A stretch of 64,000 bases of DNA from assembly GCF_009914755.1 (NCBI RefSeq), contig NC_060928.1. One strand, written 5' to 3'. A program made the translations under genes and the position numbers. Positions 44,121 through 60,214 of this stretch are shown here, piece after piece. Below the pieces are notes generated by a model, which had not been told where the DNA came from, searched no databases, and worked only from the letters and a program-made list of their open reading frames with translations. The stretch is from the human T2T-CHM13v2.0 reference genome, Homo sapiens. Position 1 is the first letter of the stretch. Each line of letters begins with the position of its first letter.

Positions 44121-46602
44121 GCTGAAATTATCTCTTTATTTTGAATTCTAACATTCCTTGACATTTGTTATTTTCTACCTGTATTCCTTGACCACCAGGC
44201 CTGCCTAACACGCTCCCAACACATGTGTGAAGAGCACCCTGAGAACACTTGACTTACACATAACAAGATTCAATCTACAGGGATATGTTCAGGTAAAACC
44301 CCATAAAGGTTACACACACTAACTCTCAGCCACCTCTCCTGAGACGTAAGCATTTCCAGACAAATCCAAAATGCCTACTTATTCCCACCCCTGAGGTTTC
44401 AATACATTTTACTGAAAAGATACAGAAAATGCAGAAATAGACAATGGATTTTTATGGCAACATTTGGCTTCTGGAGATAGATCTCCCACCTGGACACATT
44501 TTCAGCCTAGAATGGTGCATGGGGAAATGTCTCACTAGGAAATAAGAATTTACGTGAAACTCAGTGTTGGCATTTGGGATCTGAATCTGGCAGCAAAGAT
44601 GCAAAATGATCAGATTCCATGTGGTGAATGGAAATATACTAAATCATAGTATCTGATTTAACCCATATTCAAATAATAAAGAATAATAGGTAAGATTTAT
44701 AATAGCACTGTGTGCCTGGTGCTGTCCTATGGTTTACGCATATCAACTTGTTTAAGCCTTCCAATGACCACTATACCATGTTACCTCTCCAAAAATAGCA
44801 AGAGCAAAAACACCTGTGGGAAACTGACACTAGGTGACAGCAACAGAAAGGACTCCCACTTTGCAGATCTGTGAGGGACAACAGTCCCTGGCCATATCTA
44901 GTATATGAAATATCTACCATCTGTTTAGCACTCGGAGCTAAGCATCATGGGAAGTAGGGTGCTAACTACCACCACAAACATTAATATTTAGATTTGAAAG
45001 CAATAACATGTAAATACTTCATTTGTCTTAAGTACTTTTCCTGCAATTCTAGTGAGTATGTATGCTGACTGGAGACTTGTTCAATACTGTCTGAAATGCC
45101 AGGTGAGTATTTATCAGATTATAACTATGAATTTTCCCATTTAAAAACCTAAATTAACTCTACTAACTGCCACACCTAAAGTTTAAGCCTTCATGGAGCC
45201 AATTTCTAAAGAAACAGAAGCCCACAGAGGCACTCTCTACAACAAATTTCAATTTATCATTACACATTAGCAAAACCCTCTTACTCTCCATGTGTCTGCT
45301 AAAATGATCTTCCCAGGTTCACTTGGAATTTTACTGAGAGGCAAATTTCTCTGACTCCAGGATTTCAGACCAATGTGATGTCAGAAACCTCTTTAGCAAG
45401 AACCAAAGAAATATGGGATAGATTTCCTACCTACAAAGCATTTATAATCGAGGTAGGAAATAAGTCATGGACAGCATTTTGACGCCCTAGCAAGACGAAT
45501 CAAAGTTCCCAAAGTTATTTAAAATTTGAGGCAAGAAATAGAAAGATAATCATAGAGCATTATCTGTGGATCACAACTGGATCCAGAGTGCCAAAGAGCC
45601 TCAAGTGCAAGAGACAATGGTGATTTGATTGTTAAAGGAAAAAAGACTGGATATTGCTGTCTCCTGAGACTAATAAGAAGTGACTAGAAACAGGCTGGCA
45701 AATGTAAATGATGGGAAAACTACAAAAATGTTACCCTAAATATAAAATCAGAAGTTATTAGGAAAGTTTAAAACTGATGAAGAACTTGTAAAGTTGACTG
45801 ACTTTCAGAGACATGTATGTGAATAATATACACAGCAATTGACTATGCTGCTAGGGGACTTTTTAAAAAATTTATTGAACATGCCACAATATTTTCAGTA
45901 TTGTCTCAATGTTTTAACACAGCAGAGTCAATATGACATAATGATTGAGCACCCAGGCTTCAGTGACCAGCAAGCTGTGCTTAAATGCCAGCTCTGTGGC
46001 CCCATGCAAATTAAATAACCTCTTCTAGTCTCTATTTCCTTATCTGTAAATGGGGATCTTAAAATTATTAGATTAACATAACCTATCTCCTAGATTATTT
46101 TCAGGATTAATTGTGAGATGCTCACAGGCACATAGCATAATTTATCTGGACCCTCACAATCACTTACTGTCAGTTATTTGGTTTGTTTTTGCCTTTAAAT
46201 ATAAGATTTATACAATTTTTCAGCCTTTAAACTTTTTTCCCATATAAACAGCCTTAACTTTTAATATTATATACTCTCTAATTTTCTTATACAGTTCAAT
46301 AAAAAAATATTTAATACAGATCTTTTAAATATTTCACTGGCATTTACATTGTTTCATTAGGTAACATACCAATAGTTTTTCACTTTCTCCTTAAGGATGA
46401 ATTCAGTAAATATTCCAGGAACTCAATAAATATAGGAGTAGACAGTTAAGTTTGACTATAATGCATAAAATATCACAGAACAAACTAGGGAAATAGGATA
46501 ATAGCAGAACCATTCTTTCTCTTAAAACAGAATAATATTTTAAATAACTATTTTTAAAAGTAATTTGGTCTTATTTATCAATTACCATGGAAATGTAGGC
46601 AA

Positions 46603-46852
46603 TGCAGGGCACAGTGGCTCATGCCTGTAATCCCAGCAACATAACACTTGCTATGTTGACCACCTTGGGCAACATAGCAAGACTCTGTTTCTACAAAAAA
46701 AATTTAAAAATTACCCAGGTGTGGTGGTGTGCACCTGCAGTCCCAGCTACTCGGGAGGTTGAGGCAGGAGGATTGCTTGAACTCAGTTCAAGGCTGCAGT
46801 GAGCTATGATGGCACTACTGCACTCCAGCCTGGGTGACAGACTAAGACCATA
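46603..46852 (+). mobile_element. AluJ with a deleted left arm
   Basis: cagtggctcatgcctgtaatcccagca ... cactccagcctgggtgacaga. Confidence 0.85.
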
Positions 46853-46934
46853 AAAGATATGCAGGTGAAGTCTAACAACCACTCAGGACAATATTTGCTC
46901 AGTATATACTACATGCTAGATAATGCACTAAGCA

Positions 46935-47450
46935 CAAAAGGCATGGAAGCATATGTCCACACAAAGACTAACACAAAAACTTTCATAGTGGCTTTATTTA
47001 TAATAGCCCAAAACTGGAAACAACCCAAACATCCATCAACAGGGGAAACAAATTGTGGTATAGCCATACAATGGAGTACTTCACAGTAATAGAAATGCAA
47101 TATTGTTATAACCAAATTAATATATGTCAAAATAATATGCTGGGTGATAGAAGCTAGTCTAAAAAAGAGTACCTGCTATATAAGTTTGTTTATTCTAGAA
47201 TTCTAGAACATGCAAACTAATCTATCATGTCAAAAATTAGATCAGCGATTACCTAGGGATGGTGGGCATGAAGAGGGAGGTATGAAGATAAAGTGGCATG
47301 AGAAAACTTTTAGGGGTTATGGGCATACTCAGTGTTTCAGTTGTTGTAGTGACGGTTTCATGGATGTATACCTAATGTGAAAACTCATCAAATAATGCAA
47401 TTTAAATACGTGCAGTCATTGGAGCATACCTGTATAATGCTGAAAAAAAT
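46935..47450 (+). mobile_element. L1M 3' end
   Basis: catatgtccacacaaagact ... aaactggaaacaacccaaacatccatcaac. Confidence 0.75.
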
Positions 47451-50400
47451 ATGGCCCCTGCTCTCGGAAACCCTGAAGTCTGGGGATACTTGGAAACTAT
47501 AAAATTCTTTGGTAATAATTTAATGTTCTAAATCATAAGCTTAAAACTGCAATAACAACAATGGTAAAAGAAAAAAAAATGAGTAGAAAGATTAAGCAAA
47601 ATAACTCTGGTTTATAATGGGCCAGAAGTAGGTAATTGATCAGCTCTCATTTAAATGAAGGCTCTGCCCTAGTATTTATTCCAACTTAGAAAGAACTCAC
47701 CCATCCATTTGATTCACTCAGTCTTAAATGAAAATGAGTAATAAATAAAATAAATTCAACACCTCCTACCAAGGCTGCTGCTTGGTCCTAGCCTTCTCTT
47801 TATCACCCCTTCTTCAAGGCAGGTCTAATAAAGGTCACCAACTGGAAGCTCAGCAAAGGCACAGCTACTCCCTCTCCAGCACCTGCAGCAGAGCCTGGCA
47901 CCTGGCAACCTGGCACCTAGCAGGTGCCCAATAACTTTGTTGAATAAGTCAATGAATGAATGAATAAATAAATAGGAGAGGACTCAACTAAGTGGAATTG
48001 CTGAGCAGTTAGACTTTTCTCAGGTCTAATTTCACAATATCCAGTTGTAGCCACCACTTTTTCTTTTCCTTTTTTTCTGATTTTTTTTTTTTTTAAGAGA
48101 TAGGGTTCTTGCTACATTGCCCAGACTGAACTCCTGGGATCAAGCGATCCTCCCACCTCAGCCTCCTGAAGAGCATAACCAGCACCACCACTTTTTCTTA
48201 ACTACGCCGTTTTCGAGAAGAGTTTTTGCTCATATTTTTTATCTTCTATCTTTTTTCTTTCTTCTGCTGCAGTTCTCTCAGACCTATACCACACCAGGTG
48301 GGCACAGGCAAGCCAGGAATCTCCAGGACCTGCTTCCTGGAAATAATCCCAGACTCTGCTTCCTCTCCTCTCTATTCCATCAAAGTGTACTGCTGCACAT
48401 AGTAATACCCAAGTGACAGAGTAACTGTCCCATTACAATCTTCAGAGATAAACGTAACTACTGTCAAGGGAGAGATGGTTATCATTGGATATGTTAGTGA
48501 GCATCTTTTGGCCTGTTTTTTTGTTTGTTTTTGTTTTGTTTTATTTTTCTTAGCAACAAAAAAGAAGGAAGGCCCTTTAGCCTAGGTTTCAGTTCTTAGG
48601 TTTCTATGGTTAATACTGACTAGTAGCACTTTGTTTCTCTAGTAGGACTGCGTGTGTGTTCTGAGGCTGTCCAGTAAGCACTTCATGTGTTAGGGTTTTT
48701 TTTTTAATGATACTTTATATCTTTATGAAAGTGGAAATAACTAGAATCACATAAACATGATTTCTTATCAAGAGGAACTTGGGAGAGATAAGCTTTGTAA
48801 GTTTCTGGTGGGTGAGAGTTACAGATGGCAAATAGGGCAAGACAGAAAATGCAATTTCTGGGATAGATGGTGGGTGGCAGGGGCAGCAAGTAATCCAAAT
48901 ACGCAATGGCCAAATCTGTGGAACAAAACCTACCACTGCAGCCCAAGGGGGAACACCATTCCCACCCCACCTCCTGGTATCCCAACCATGACCAATGGAT
49001 TGATGAAGTGATAACCCAGAGCAATGACAGCCCTGAGGGTGGGAAACCCTGTGGCAATTCTCCTAAAGCCTTCCCCTGGAGCTGGATTTCTGGAAAGGTG
49101 CATCGAAAGGCTCACAGCCTCTTGGAAACTTTGCCTCTACCCTGCCTATATCTAGCCAGTTCTTCTACAAAGAAGAGCCCCACTCCCTGCTTATCTGATG
49201 TTAGTGGAGGGCACAGAGGCATGCACACAATTATGGACTGGAAATATAAATTACTTAAAACTGAACTGAGCTTTGCTAGGGAACTGCGAAAGCAGAACAT
49301 TAACCTGGTCTTTAAATCAGCTGCTACTTAGCCCTATATATCTCTCTAGTTCTCTTCAATGTTAAAGAGATCACATTGCAGTTTGTTTTCTAGACGTCTT
49401 TAAAATACTAAACTGCATATAATGGCAGCTTTCCTATACCCTTTGCTACCCCCTAAAAGAGAAACATTCCCTCCTTGTTTTCAATGAATACAGTCAGCCA
49501 TACCAGGTAAAGTTTCTTCCTCTCGCTTCTCTAATGGGAAGTTTGATGAGTAGATGATGAGAGTTGGGGGGAGTGAGGAAGTGGGCACAGGGAGAAGGAA
49601 TCACCATAATAACACCCACAAGAAAGAGAAAATGTATTTTGGAGCCAGGTCTCTAGTAGCAGACGGTGAATTGCCCATCAACTCTCCCCTCAGTAAAATA
49701 CTCAAAGAGAAATACACAGAATTGCTTCATTATGTATTCCATGGGTTTTTGTGGGTTTAATGCGGGCCAATCACTGCTTTTACTACAGTTTCTACAGGAA
49801 TATTCATTCAACTGGTGTTGCAAATAACCAACTTACAGCAAACTTTTGTAATACAACCCATCAACTGTGAACATTCTGTAGATAAAATTATTTTTAAAAC
49901 AATTTCTTCCACTGACTGAGTGCTTGATGATATTAAGGAAGTTCTGTTGATATTTAAGAGTGTGGTGATGGCACTAAGATTCTGCTTAAGCTGGGGGCTC
50001 CCTGACTTCTGCAGATGAATACTGAACCATCTGTAGAAGAAATGATGTGGTTTCTGCAAGACAATGGGAGTAGAAGGGATTTGTTATAGATAATGAGGTG
50101 GGAGGAAGTGTGACTAGGGTTACTTGGTTGGGTAATGGGTACACGGGGTTCACTGTACTATTCTGTCTACTGTTCAGTAAGTTGTAAATATTCTATGATA
50201 AAAGGTTAAAAAACACTTCTCAAATATTTTTTAAAGCCTGATCAAAGTTGTAACTGAATCTACTTACAAACTTTTTTTTTGAGAATAGAAAAAGAGCCCA
50301 TCATAAACCAGTAAAAGCAGAGATGGCACATTTCTTAATTGCTACTAATAAAGCTTTTGCTGTCCTTTGTGGTAAAGTGCACACTGGGCTCAGAACAGGA

Positions 50401-50980
50401 AGCAAGCCTTAGAAACAACAACAATCCCGATGTTTATACAACTGCTCGTACAGGTCGTGTGTGCACAGCTCCTTGCATTCATCAATCTTAAAGTGCTCCA
50501 TAATTAATTACAGAACCAGTGACTCTGCCAAAGTAATGAGTCATTTAGCATCTGCAATTTACTGTTGGGTAAATGGGGCACTGAGTTAAACAAATTGATC
50601 AAGGGCAAATGAGTAAGATACAGAAATCTAGGCTGCAATGTTGTACTCTTTGCTGGCTATCACAGCTAGGAGCCATAATTAAACTATTTGTTCCCTCTTA
50701 GTTTGCTCTTGCTAATGCAACTAACTCTCAATTGCTCTAGTGAAACTAACTCTCATTCATCCCTGTTGCAGAATATCTGGCCATTCTGAGAGATGCCCCC
50801 ACAGTGCAAAATACAGAATCCCCACTGTCCAATAGCCACGCCACTCACTGAGTGCCCACCAGCACCTGCAACAGAAGCTTTATCTGTCTGCTTTTCTCTT
50901 CCTTACCCCCGCCTCACCTCCCTTCTGGTGGTACAGAGATACCACATTATAGCACCTATGCAGCAACCAGTCTTGGAAGG

Positions 50981-51145
50981 TGTGATGGTTAACTTTAGGT
51001 ATCAACTTGACTGGAAGAAGGACTGCCTAGAGAGCTGGTAAAGCTTTCCTTCTGATTGTGTCTGTGATGGTGTTTCCAGAGGAGACTGGCATGCAAGTTA
51101 GTAGACTGAGTGGGGAAGATCCCTACTCAGTGTGGGCAGGCATTC
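50981..51145 (+). mobile_element. MLT2 LTR 5' fragment
   Basis: tgtgatggttaactttaggtatcaacttgactgg. Confidence 0.75.
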
Positions 51146-51194
51146 TGGTTTACACGTCTTAGATCTCCCTGGGCTAAGAACCAGCAGGCCTCTA

Positions 51195-51460
51195 TAATAG
51201 AGCTTACTGCTTAAAAGCAAAAAGTCTGAAGCCCAACTGTCTGAGTTTGAATCTCAGCTCTGCTACTTACTCACTGTATCTCCTTGAACAAGTTACTTAA
51301 CCTCTCTGTGCCTACACTTCATTAGCTATTAAATGGGATGAATAATAGCACCAGAACTTCATATGATTGCAGTAAGAATTCGAAGAGTCAATTCATGTAA
51401 AGCTTTTGGAAGAACGCTGACAAACAGTTTAAGTGCTTGATCAATTTAGCTACTAATATT
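51195..51460 (+). mobile_element. MIR
   Basis: gagtttgaatctcagctctgctacttact ... aagttacttaacctctctgtgcct. Confidence 0.75.
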
Positions 51461-52344
51461 ATTTTTGAAAAGCATACTAGCCCTTAGGAAACCTAAAAGC
51501 GAGAGCCACTAGTTTTGATTAAGAAACGATCCTCACACCTACCTTCTAGACTCCAAGAAAGATCTTCTGAGAGTTGATGCTGAATTTGACTATGTCTTAT
51601 AAAAGCCATGAATGAGATGTTTCCTCAGGTCATGACAAATATCGGTTTTCTAAAATTACAGGAGGCCGTAATAGAAACGACCAGTGTCTACCAACATCCA
51701 CTCTTTTCAAACAGAAAAAGAAATTAACCTTTCCTCATGGGTCTTACAATTCTGTTTTTAAAATGACGGTTGATGCTTCATGTGACTCCACTATTTTTAC
51801 CCTTCGAGGCTGTTATTTTAGTTCTATCTTACAGTATGAAACCAATACTGAGCCAGCCAGTGACTAGATTAGCACTTCCTTTTTACGTTAGGAACAATTG
51901 ATCTCTGGTAACTCACAGCATTTAACACACGATAGCAGGGAGCATCTTTGGTCAAAAATTCCTCTTCAAAGCACAAGAGTAATGTTACAAAGACATATTT
52001 TGCCGGTTTGTCAGGCTGTCTTGACGGCTAAGTCATATTCCGGTGAATATAAAGATTAATATATGTTTGATCCTTCTATAAACACACAATTTGGTAGCCC
52101 AAAAAATATCACAAAGCTATCCAGAGGCAGTGCAGTACAATGGTTCAGAGCTCTGGGAATCAGGCTGCATGGGCTGGGGTCCCAGCTCTGCCACATGCTC
52201 ACTCTGCAACCTTGGGCAAAGTACTCAACCTCTCTGTTCTTTAGTTTCATCATCTGTAAAATGGGAATAGTAACTGTATCTGCCTCAAACAGTTCACAGG
52301 ATTAAAGTTAATACTTAAAAAGCATATAAGACCATGTTTGGCAC

Positions 52345-53692
52345 ATGGTAAGCACCCAAAAATATGCTACTTCGGCATATGGATTGAGTTAAAGGCACTT
52401 AAAAAAAACAGCACATGCAAGAAGGGCACTGTGACCTTCCTTGTTCTTCTTGAAAGCATGAGATTAACTCCCATGAAAAAGGTGCCCTCCTTATACCAGG
52501 AGGACGAAAGACATTCATTCTTATCACCAGAGATGGGGAGCTGAGGCTGAGGGAAAGCTGTACAAACCTTGTTATACTAGTCCTTATCTTGCTACTTTTC
52601 CACAATTAACTGTCCTAGTCCTGAAGTGAATTCTTATACTTTCATGTTGCCTCAGCATCCATTTTGAATAGATTCAACTTTTTCATACCCAAAGCAGGGC
52701 TCAGTCACCCTTGATAGTTCTAGTTCCACACCACACCCAAATGGCTCAGGCCAGCAGCCAGAGATAAGAATTTAAAGGCATCTCTCCTATCTAGCAGACA
52801 GGGTTCCCCACTTTATCGAAGCTTCCCTTAAAAGCACCATTTAGGCCTTTGCCCAGGAACTCAAAGTGACCCCACACCCTACCCCTTATATATACTGCCA
52901 ATTCCCACATGCATTTTCTCTCTCTGCCTGACTCCATTCCTGCCTCATGCAACCCGGAGATGGAGGACTGCCCTCCCAGCCCATTCCGCCCTTCCTGTCC
53001 AAGATCTGTAAGTAAAAATCTCTGAACTCATTTCCTACCTGGTGATGTATTGAGTTTCCACTTTTCATCTGAAGAACCAGTGGCTGCAGCTGCCTCAGGC
53101 CATGCTTTCCCAGGGATCCTGGGGGGAATATCAAGTCAGGCTCCCGGCGCCAGGGCGATGGTCAGGCAGGTGTAAGCTGGACATGGGTCAGACAAGAGCC
53201 ACAACAGTGGCTGCCAGATAAATAAGATAAACAAGTTCCCCATGTGAGGGAGTCCCCAGGTTCCAGGTGGGCTAACTAGGCATAAAACCATCCTCCAGGC
53301 TAAAGAAGTACCCCAGGAAAGGGACACTGTAGACATTCATGTCCAGCTACCCTGCATTTCCCATCAGGACAGGGTTGCTAGCCAACCTGGTACTGGAATC
53401 CCATTAGCTAGAAGCTCTCAAAATAGCCCCAACTCCTTTTCCCTGTCATATCTTTACAATTTACCAATTTACTACTCTTTGTCCAACATAATATATAAGC
53501 TTTCAACCCTTACAACTTCCCTGGGTCTTTATTTTCCTGGTGAAGGCTCCCACGTACATGTAAAAATTACTAAATAAAAATTCTATGCTTTTCTCCTGTT
53601 AATCTCTCTTTTGGTGGTCTAATTTAAAAGGCCCCAGCTGGAAAAACTAAGATAGGCAAGGGGAAAAAATATATTTTTTTCTCTCCTTCACA
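52345..53692 (+). mobile_element. MER34-like ERV1 LTR with a second LTR nested at about 52621-53422
   Basis: cacccaaaaatatgctact start; interrupted sequence resumes at tagccccaactcc; each LTR has its own TATA-like and poly(A)-like signals. Confidence 0.55.
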
Positions 53693-54219
53693 CAATAGAA
53701 GTATATTTAAATTTAAGAAAAAAGAAAAAACTAAACTAAAAAAGGCCACAGAGCCCTTCTGTTTCTAATCCCAGAAGCCAGTCTTGATTTTCACTGTGCA
53801 AAATGTATATTCAAAGGTACCAAGGAGATGATAAAGAAAGTAATGTTTTCCATTGTCTCTGTTTTTAAGGTAGAAATGTTTTCATTCTTAAAGCATCTTT
53901 GAAGCCAATGGACAGAAAGGTTTCTAATATTCTATCGGCCAGAGGCTTAAATACAAATGGCCTGGCAGGGCAGGTATTTTCTCCTTTTACAGGTGAAGAA
54001 ACTGAGACTTAGAAAGTTTCATCAACTGCCCAATTTCATAGCTGGTAATGACAGATCCAGATTCAGAGCAGATCTGCCTGGCTTCAAAGCCCACAGCATG
54101 TCCTCTCAGGAAGCCACCTCCTTTTAGGATAAACAGCATTAAATGAACCAGATCCAATGATTCCAAATTTACTTCTCTAACCCCAACTTCTCACTTGCGT
54201 CTTAAATCTGTATCTCTAA

Positions 54220-54684
<465 letters not shown>

Positions 54685-54949
54685 AAAAAGAATGGATTTT
54701 TATATTTTGAAACTTAACAACCATGGCAATATTACTAACTTTTCTTCAAGGTTTACCATATGCCAGTTTTGCTTTAAATTTATTTAGTGCATGTTGTAGA
54801 TGTATCATTTCAACTGATCCCCATAACAACCCTCTGAAGGAGGATGAGTACTGGGTTAAGTGATGCCTTCACCTGCTTTGTGAAGCTTATAAATGAGAAT
54901 GAGAGAAAGAGACTGAAAAACTAATTGTATTAATAATGTATTAAAATAA

Positions 54950-56480
54950 AATAGAGATAGGTGGTACAAAGTAAAAGTGCAGAATGACATTATACAGGGA
55001 AATCTAATCTAATCTGGAAGATCACAGCAAATATACCAAGGAAGTAATAGTTAAGCTGAAACCTGAAAGAGGGGGAGAAGTTAGCCATTCAAGGGAGGGG
55101 ATACACGGGTTCTAGAGAAAGGACATAGGTAATGTACATGCTTCAACATGGGAAGGAGGTGGTACCTTCGAGGAACTGAAAAACAGGTGGGCTGGGGGGT
55201 GGGGAGTGAGGAGAAAGAATTGCAGATCAATGTGGACAGGCTGGCAGGCTGCTGGACCACACAGTGTCCCATAGGCCATGTTGAGGACTTTTGAGATTAA
55301 AATTGGGATAATAATTTCTTGTAGGGTTTTAGGCAGGAGAGATACATGATCGTATTTGTGTTTTTAAAAGATCACTCAGCCATTGGGTACAACAGACTGG
55401 AGAGGAGCAAGAGTGGAAAGAGGAGCCCATTAGGATGCGGCAGAAATTGCTAGCTGTCTGCTTATGACATCCATTTCCCACTAATAATGGAACCCTGATT
55501 TTTAGGTGGTACCTTGGTACTCAGAATAAAAGACTGCACTTCTCAGCCTCCCTTTGCTACTAGGTATAGCCATGTGGCTAAGTTCTGGTCAATGAGATAT
55601 TGGCAGAAGTCTTGTATGGAACATAAGGCAAAGCTGCTAAAGGGATCTGACTCTGGTGGGAGATGTCCCTTCTTGCTTTTCTGTCTTTCTTCCTTCCTCC
55701 AGCTTGCAATTCAGACAAGATGGCTGGAGCCATCTTTGGCAAAAACAAAAGATAAGCTAGGACTATGGAGAGGAAAGACAGGATCCAGGATCCCTGGATT
55801 GTATCCACCATAGCAGTTCTAGACAGCCCACTTCCAGTTTTTGGTTTGGTTTTTCCACACTGAGAAAAAGAAGAAACTTTATCTTGTTTAAACTATTACT
55901 TAGGGATTGTGTGTGGTACATAGCATAACCCAATCCTAACTGATACAGAGGCTGCTGTATTCACCCAAGAAGAGGTAATGGTGGTTTGGATCATGGTGGT
56001 GGCACAGATGGGAGGAGAAAGAGCAGGACTGAGATATATTTAGAAGGTGGAACCAATAGAACCTGTTGAGAGTCCAGACAAGAGAGGGTGAAGAGAGGGA
56101 TAAGTTGAGACAGACTCTCAGGTTCCTGGCACAAGCAACTGGGTAGACCATGGTACCAATTACTGAACTAGAGATTACAGGGGTGGGGGACATCTTGAGA
56201 TTCTTTTCAGACATTTGAATTTGAGATACCTGTGAGAACTCAGACCTCAGAATAGATATCAGGCTGGGAAACAAAGACTGGGAAAGTCATCTGCACACAG
56301 AAGTTAACTGAAGCCACTGGAACGGATGATGTCTTCTAAGGCAAGCACAGAGTGAGAAAAGAGACCCCACGAAAGAACCCTGAGGAACACGCACATGTGA
56401 GAGGCGGGCAGAGAAAGGGCAGCCCTGGAAGGAGACAAGCAGTGGCCAGAAAGGATACAGGAAAACCATGGATTTCACAA
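54950..56480 (-). mobile_element. L2 relic with a nested MLT1 LTR (about 55436-55947)
   Basis: L2 motifs (ttaagctgaaacctgaa, ttttaaaagatcactc); MLT1 ends cctaactgataca. Confidence 0.65.
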
Positions 56481-56665
56481 GAAGAGATACACACTAATTA
56501 TTTATTGCACAAGCAAGAAGGGCCGTGGGCTACCGAAGCAGTAGGGAGAGAGAGCTGCTCACTGGAGTTCTAAGAGCAAGGACACGGGCTCTCAGAGGAG
56601 CATGACAGACAGCCAGAAGGAGGCTAAGGAAGGGGACGGGAAGCAGAATGTTATGAGTCTGGTGA

Positions 56666-57112
<447 letters not shown>

Positions 57113-57201
57113 TAAATAAACGTGTAAAGGCATATGGGGTAGAGAGTAAGAAATTTTATTTACTCAAATCAGTGTGAACCACCAAAAAGAATAGATTTTT
57201 A

Positions 57202-57534
<333 letters not shown>

Positions 57535-57998
57535 TCAAGGCTTACCATATGCCAGTTTTGCTTTAAATTTATTTAGTGCATGTTGTAGTTGTATCATTTC
57601 AATTGATCCCCATAACAACCCTTTGAGGTAGTAACTATTTATTGTCTCTGTTTTACAGATGAGGAAACTGAGGAAGAAAGTGGCTATGCTCACTTGCCCA
57701 GCATCATATAAGCTAGGGAGTGACAGAACCCAGGATTTGAACACTGACTGTCTGACATCAGAACTAGTGCTTCTGGTTTCAGAAAATCTGCTTTTCCTAA
57801 CTATAGAAAAGAACATTGCTGGCCATTACATTAAAGTAAGCAATGGGAAAATAACTATGCAAAGCTGCAGGCAGGAAAATAATTTTCACTTCACTTGAGA
57901 ACTGAGGGAACCAGCCAGACAAAGGCGAGGTGAGTTCCTTTTGTTTTCTTTAACTCGGTCTGTCACAGTAACTAAGAATAAAAAGAACTTGGATTTTA

Positions 57999-58309
<311 letters not shown>

Positions 58310-58969
58310 TTAGACAGCTCATGGTAGCACCAGTTTGCTCATTCTCAGAACTGTTCCTCTACACAGAGCCCCCTGCAATGTGCTTCTCACAAATGCATAC
58401 TGCGCAGACCATTCAGTCAGCCCTGCCCATGAGAGCAAAGGAAGGTGTAACCCCAACATGATGGTCCCCATGTGACCCAGACACTGGGGTCAGGTGCAGG
58501 AAACTGTTCCACTTTTAGTCAAAGCTCACTGATGTATAAGTGAGTCTGAGACAGGGTGTCTGGGGCTCTGGAAATAAAGAACCAATATTTCCACCGGAGA
58601 CACAAAGAGCAGGCCTCAGCATTTCAAATGAAGGCTTTTTAGCAGAGAAAAGTTACTGAGAATTCATAGTAGGGGTTCATGAAGCTACACTGAGATGTCT
58701 AAAATAAGCAGTCATAATTCATCAGAATTTGAAAGAACAGCCACTTTGGGCTAACTCAGAGAAACTTGCAAGCACAGAGGCACTCGCTTTACAGGCAGCA
58801 CAGACACAGGGAGGAGCTGAGTATCCATGGGAATCTGTACAACGCAAGGAGCCATTATTAGAAACCACCACATATCAAGTCCTGTGCAGGCACTGGGGGA
58901 AGGAGGATACAATGATAAGCAGACAGGATCTCCTTCTCAATTTGCTTTCCTATATTTGCATTTGGTCAA

Positions 58970-59899
58970 TGTGCAGAAAACAGTTAACATAGCAGGCCTG
59001 ACACTGCTATTCTTAGCCAGGCTTACTTGCCTTTCTAGATTGGCCCTTGACTGGCATCTGGAAACTTGAATCTGGGGAGGGTCCCATGATTTCTAGCAGT
59101 GATGAGTGCCACAAGGGGTCTTAACGGTTTATACAAACAAAATGGTTCATGCTGAACACCTGCTTGCCTTCTGGGAGTCTGGAATTTGGGCACATGCTAG
59201 GCAGAGGGGCCTAAGTGACCAGCTCCCAGTTAAAAACCGTGGACACTGAGTGATGAGTTTTCTGGTAGGCAACATCCCACCTGTTGTCACAGCTCACTGA
59301 TGGAGGTTTTAAGCCCACCCTATGTGACTCCACTGGGAGAGGACTCCTGTAAGCTCTGGAAGCTTGCACCTGGTTTCCTCCAGACTTCACGTGCCTTTTC
59401 CTTTCGCTGATTTTGCTTTGCATCTATCTCTTCACTGTAATAAATGACAGTCATGAGTACAGCTATTATCTAAGTCCCATAAGTCAGCAATCTGCAACGC
59501 TTTTTGGCACCAGGGAATGGTTTTGTGGAAGACAATTTTTCCATGGACCTGGGGTGAGCGGGATCATTTCAGGATGAAACTATTCCACTTCACATCATCA
59601 AGCATTAGGTTTTCATAAGGAGCACAAAACCCAGATCCCTCACATGTGCAGTTCACAAGAGGGTTCGTGCTCCTATCAGGATCTAATGCCAACACTGATC
59701 TGAAAGGAGGCAGAGCTCAGTGGGTAATGCTTGCTTGCTCACTGGCTGCTCACCTTCTCCTGTGCAGCCCAGTTCCTAACAGGCCACGCACCGAAACCGG
59801 TACCAGTCCGTGGTGCAGGGGCTGGGGACCCCTGCTGTAAGTCCTGCTAGCAAATCATCAAACCTGGCGGTGGTCTTGGAGATCCCCACCCCTGACACA
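58970..59899 (+). mobile_element. MER68-type ERVL LTR, interrupted by MER1B
   Basis: tgtgcagaaaacagttaacatagcaggcctg start; ends gtggtcttgg...cctgacaca. Confidence 0.7.
59485..59834. mobile_element. MER1B hAT-Charlie MITE
   Basis: ctttttggcaccaggga...gtggaagacaatttttccatggac ... ggggacccctg; 8-bp near-TSD ccataagt/ctgtaagt. Confidence 0.82.
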
Positions 59900-60214
59900 G
59901 TTGGTGAACTAGAATGAGCTTCACTGTAAGAAAGACCTGGTTTAAATGCCAACTTTGACACTTATTAGTTGCAAATCATTGACTTAGTTAATTAAGCTCC
60001 CTAACCCTTGGATTTCTCTGAAAACTAAGATAATACAACTTGCCTCAGAAGACTGTGGTCAAGATTAAATAAGTTGTAGACACTCAATAAATGTTATATC
60101 CCTTTCTCTTTAGACTAACATGTGAATGGCACCCTCTAGGGTTATGCAGTGCCTGGCCTGCATAATAGCAGGCAGCCTCAGTGAGGCTCACTTCACCTGA
60201 TTCTCCCTTCCACT

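Noticed and set aside
48704-49331. Cluster of overlapping ORFs up to 141 aa
   Set aside because: No domain similarity or convincing splice structure; probably a decayed LTR-like sequence.
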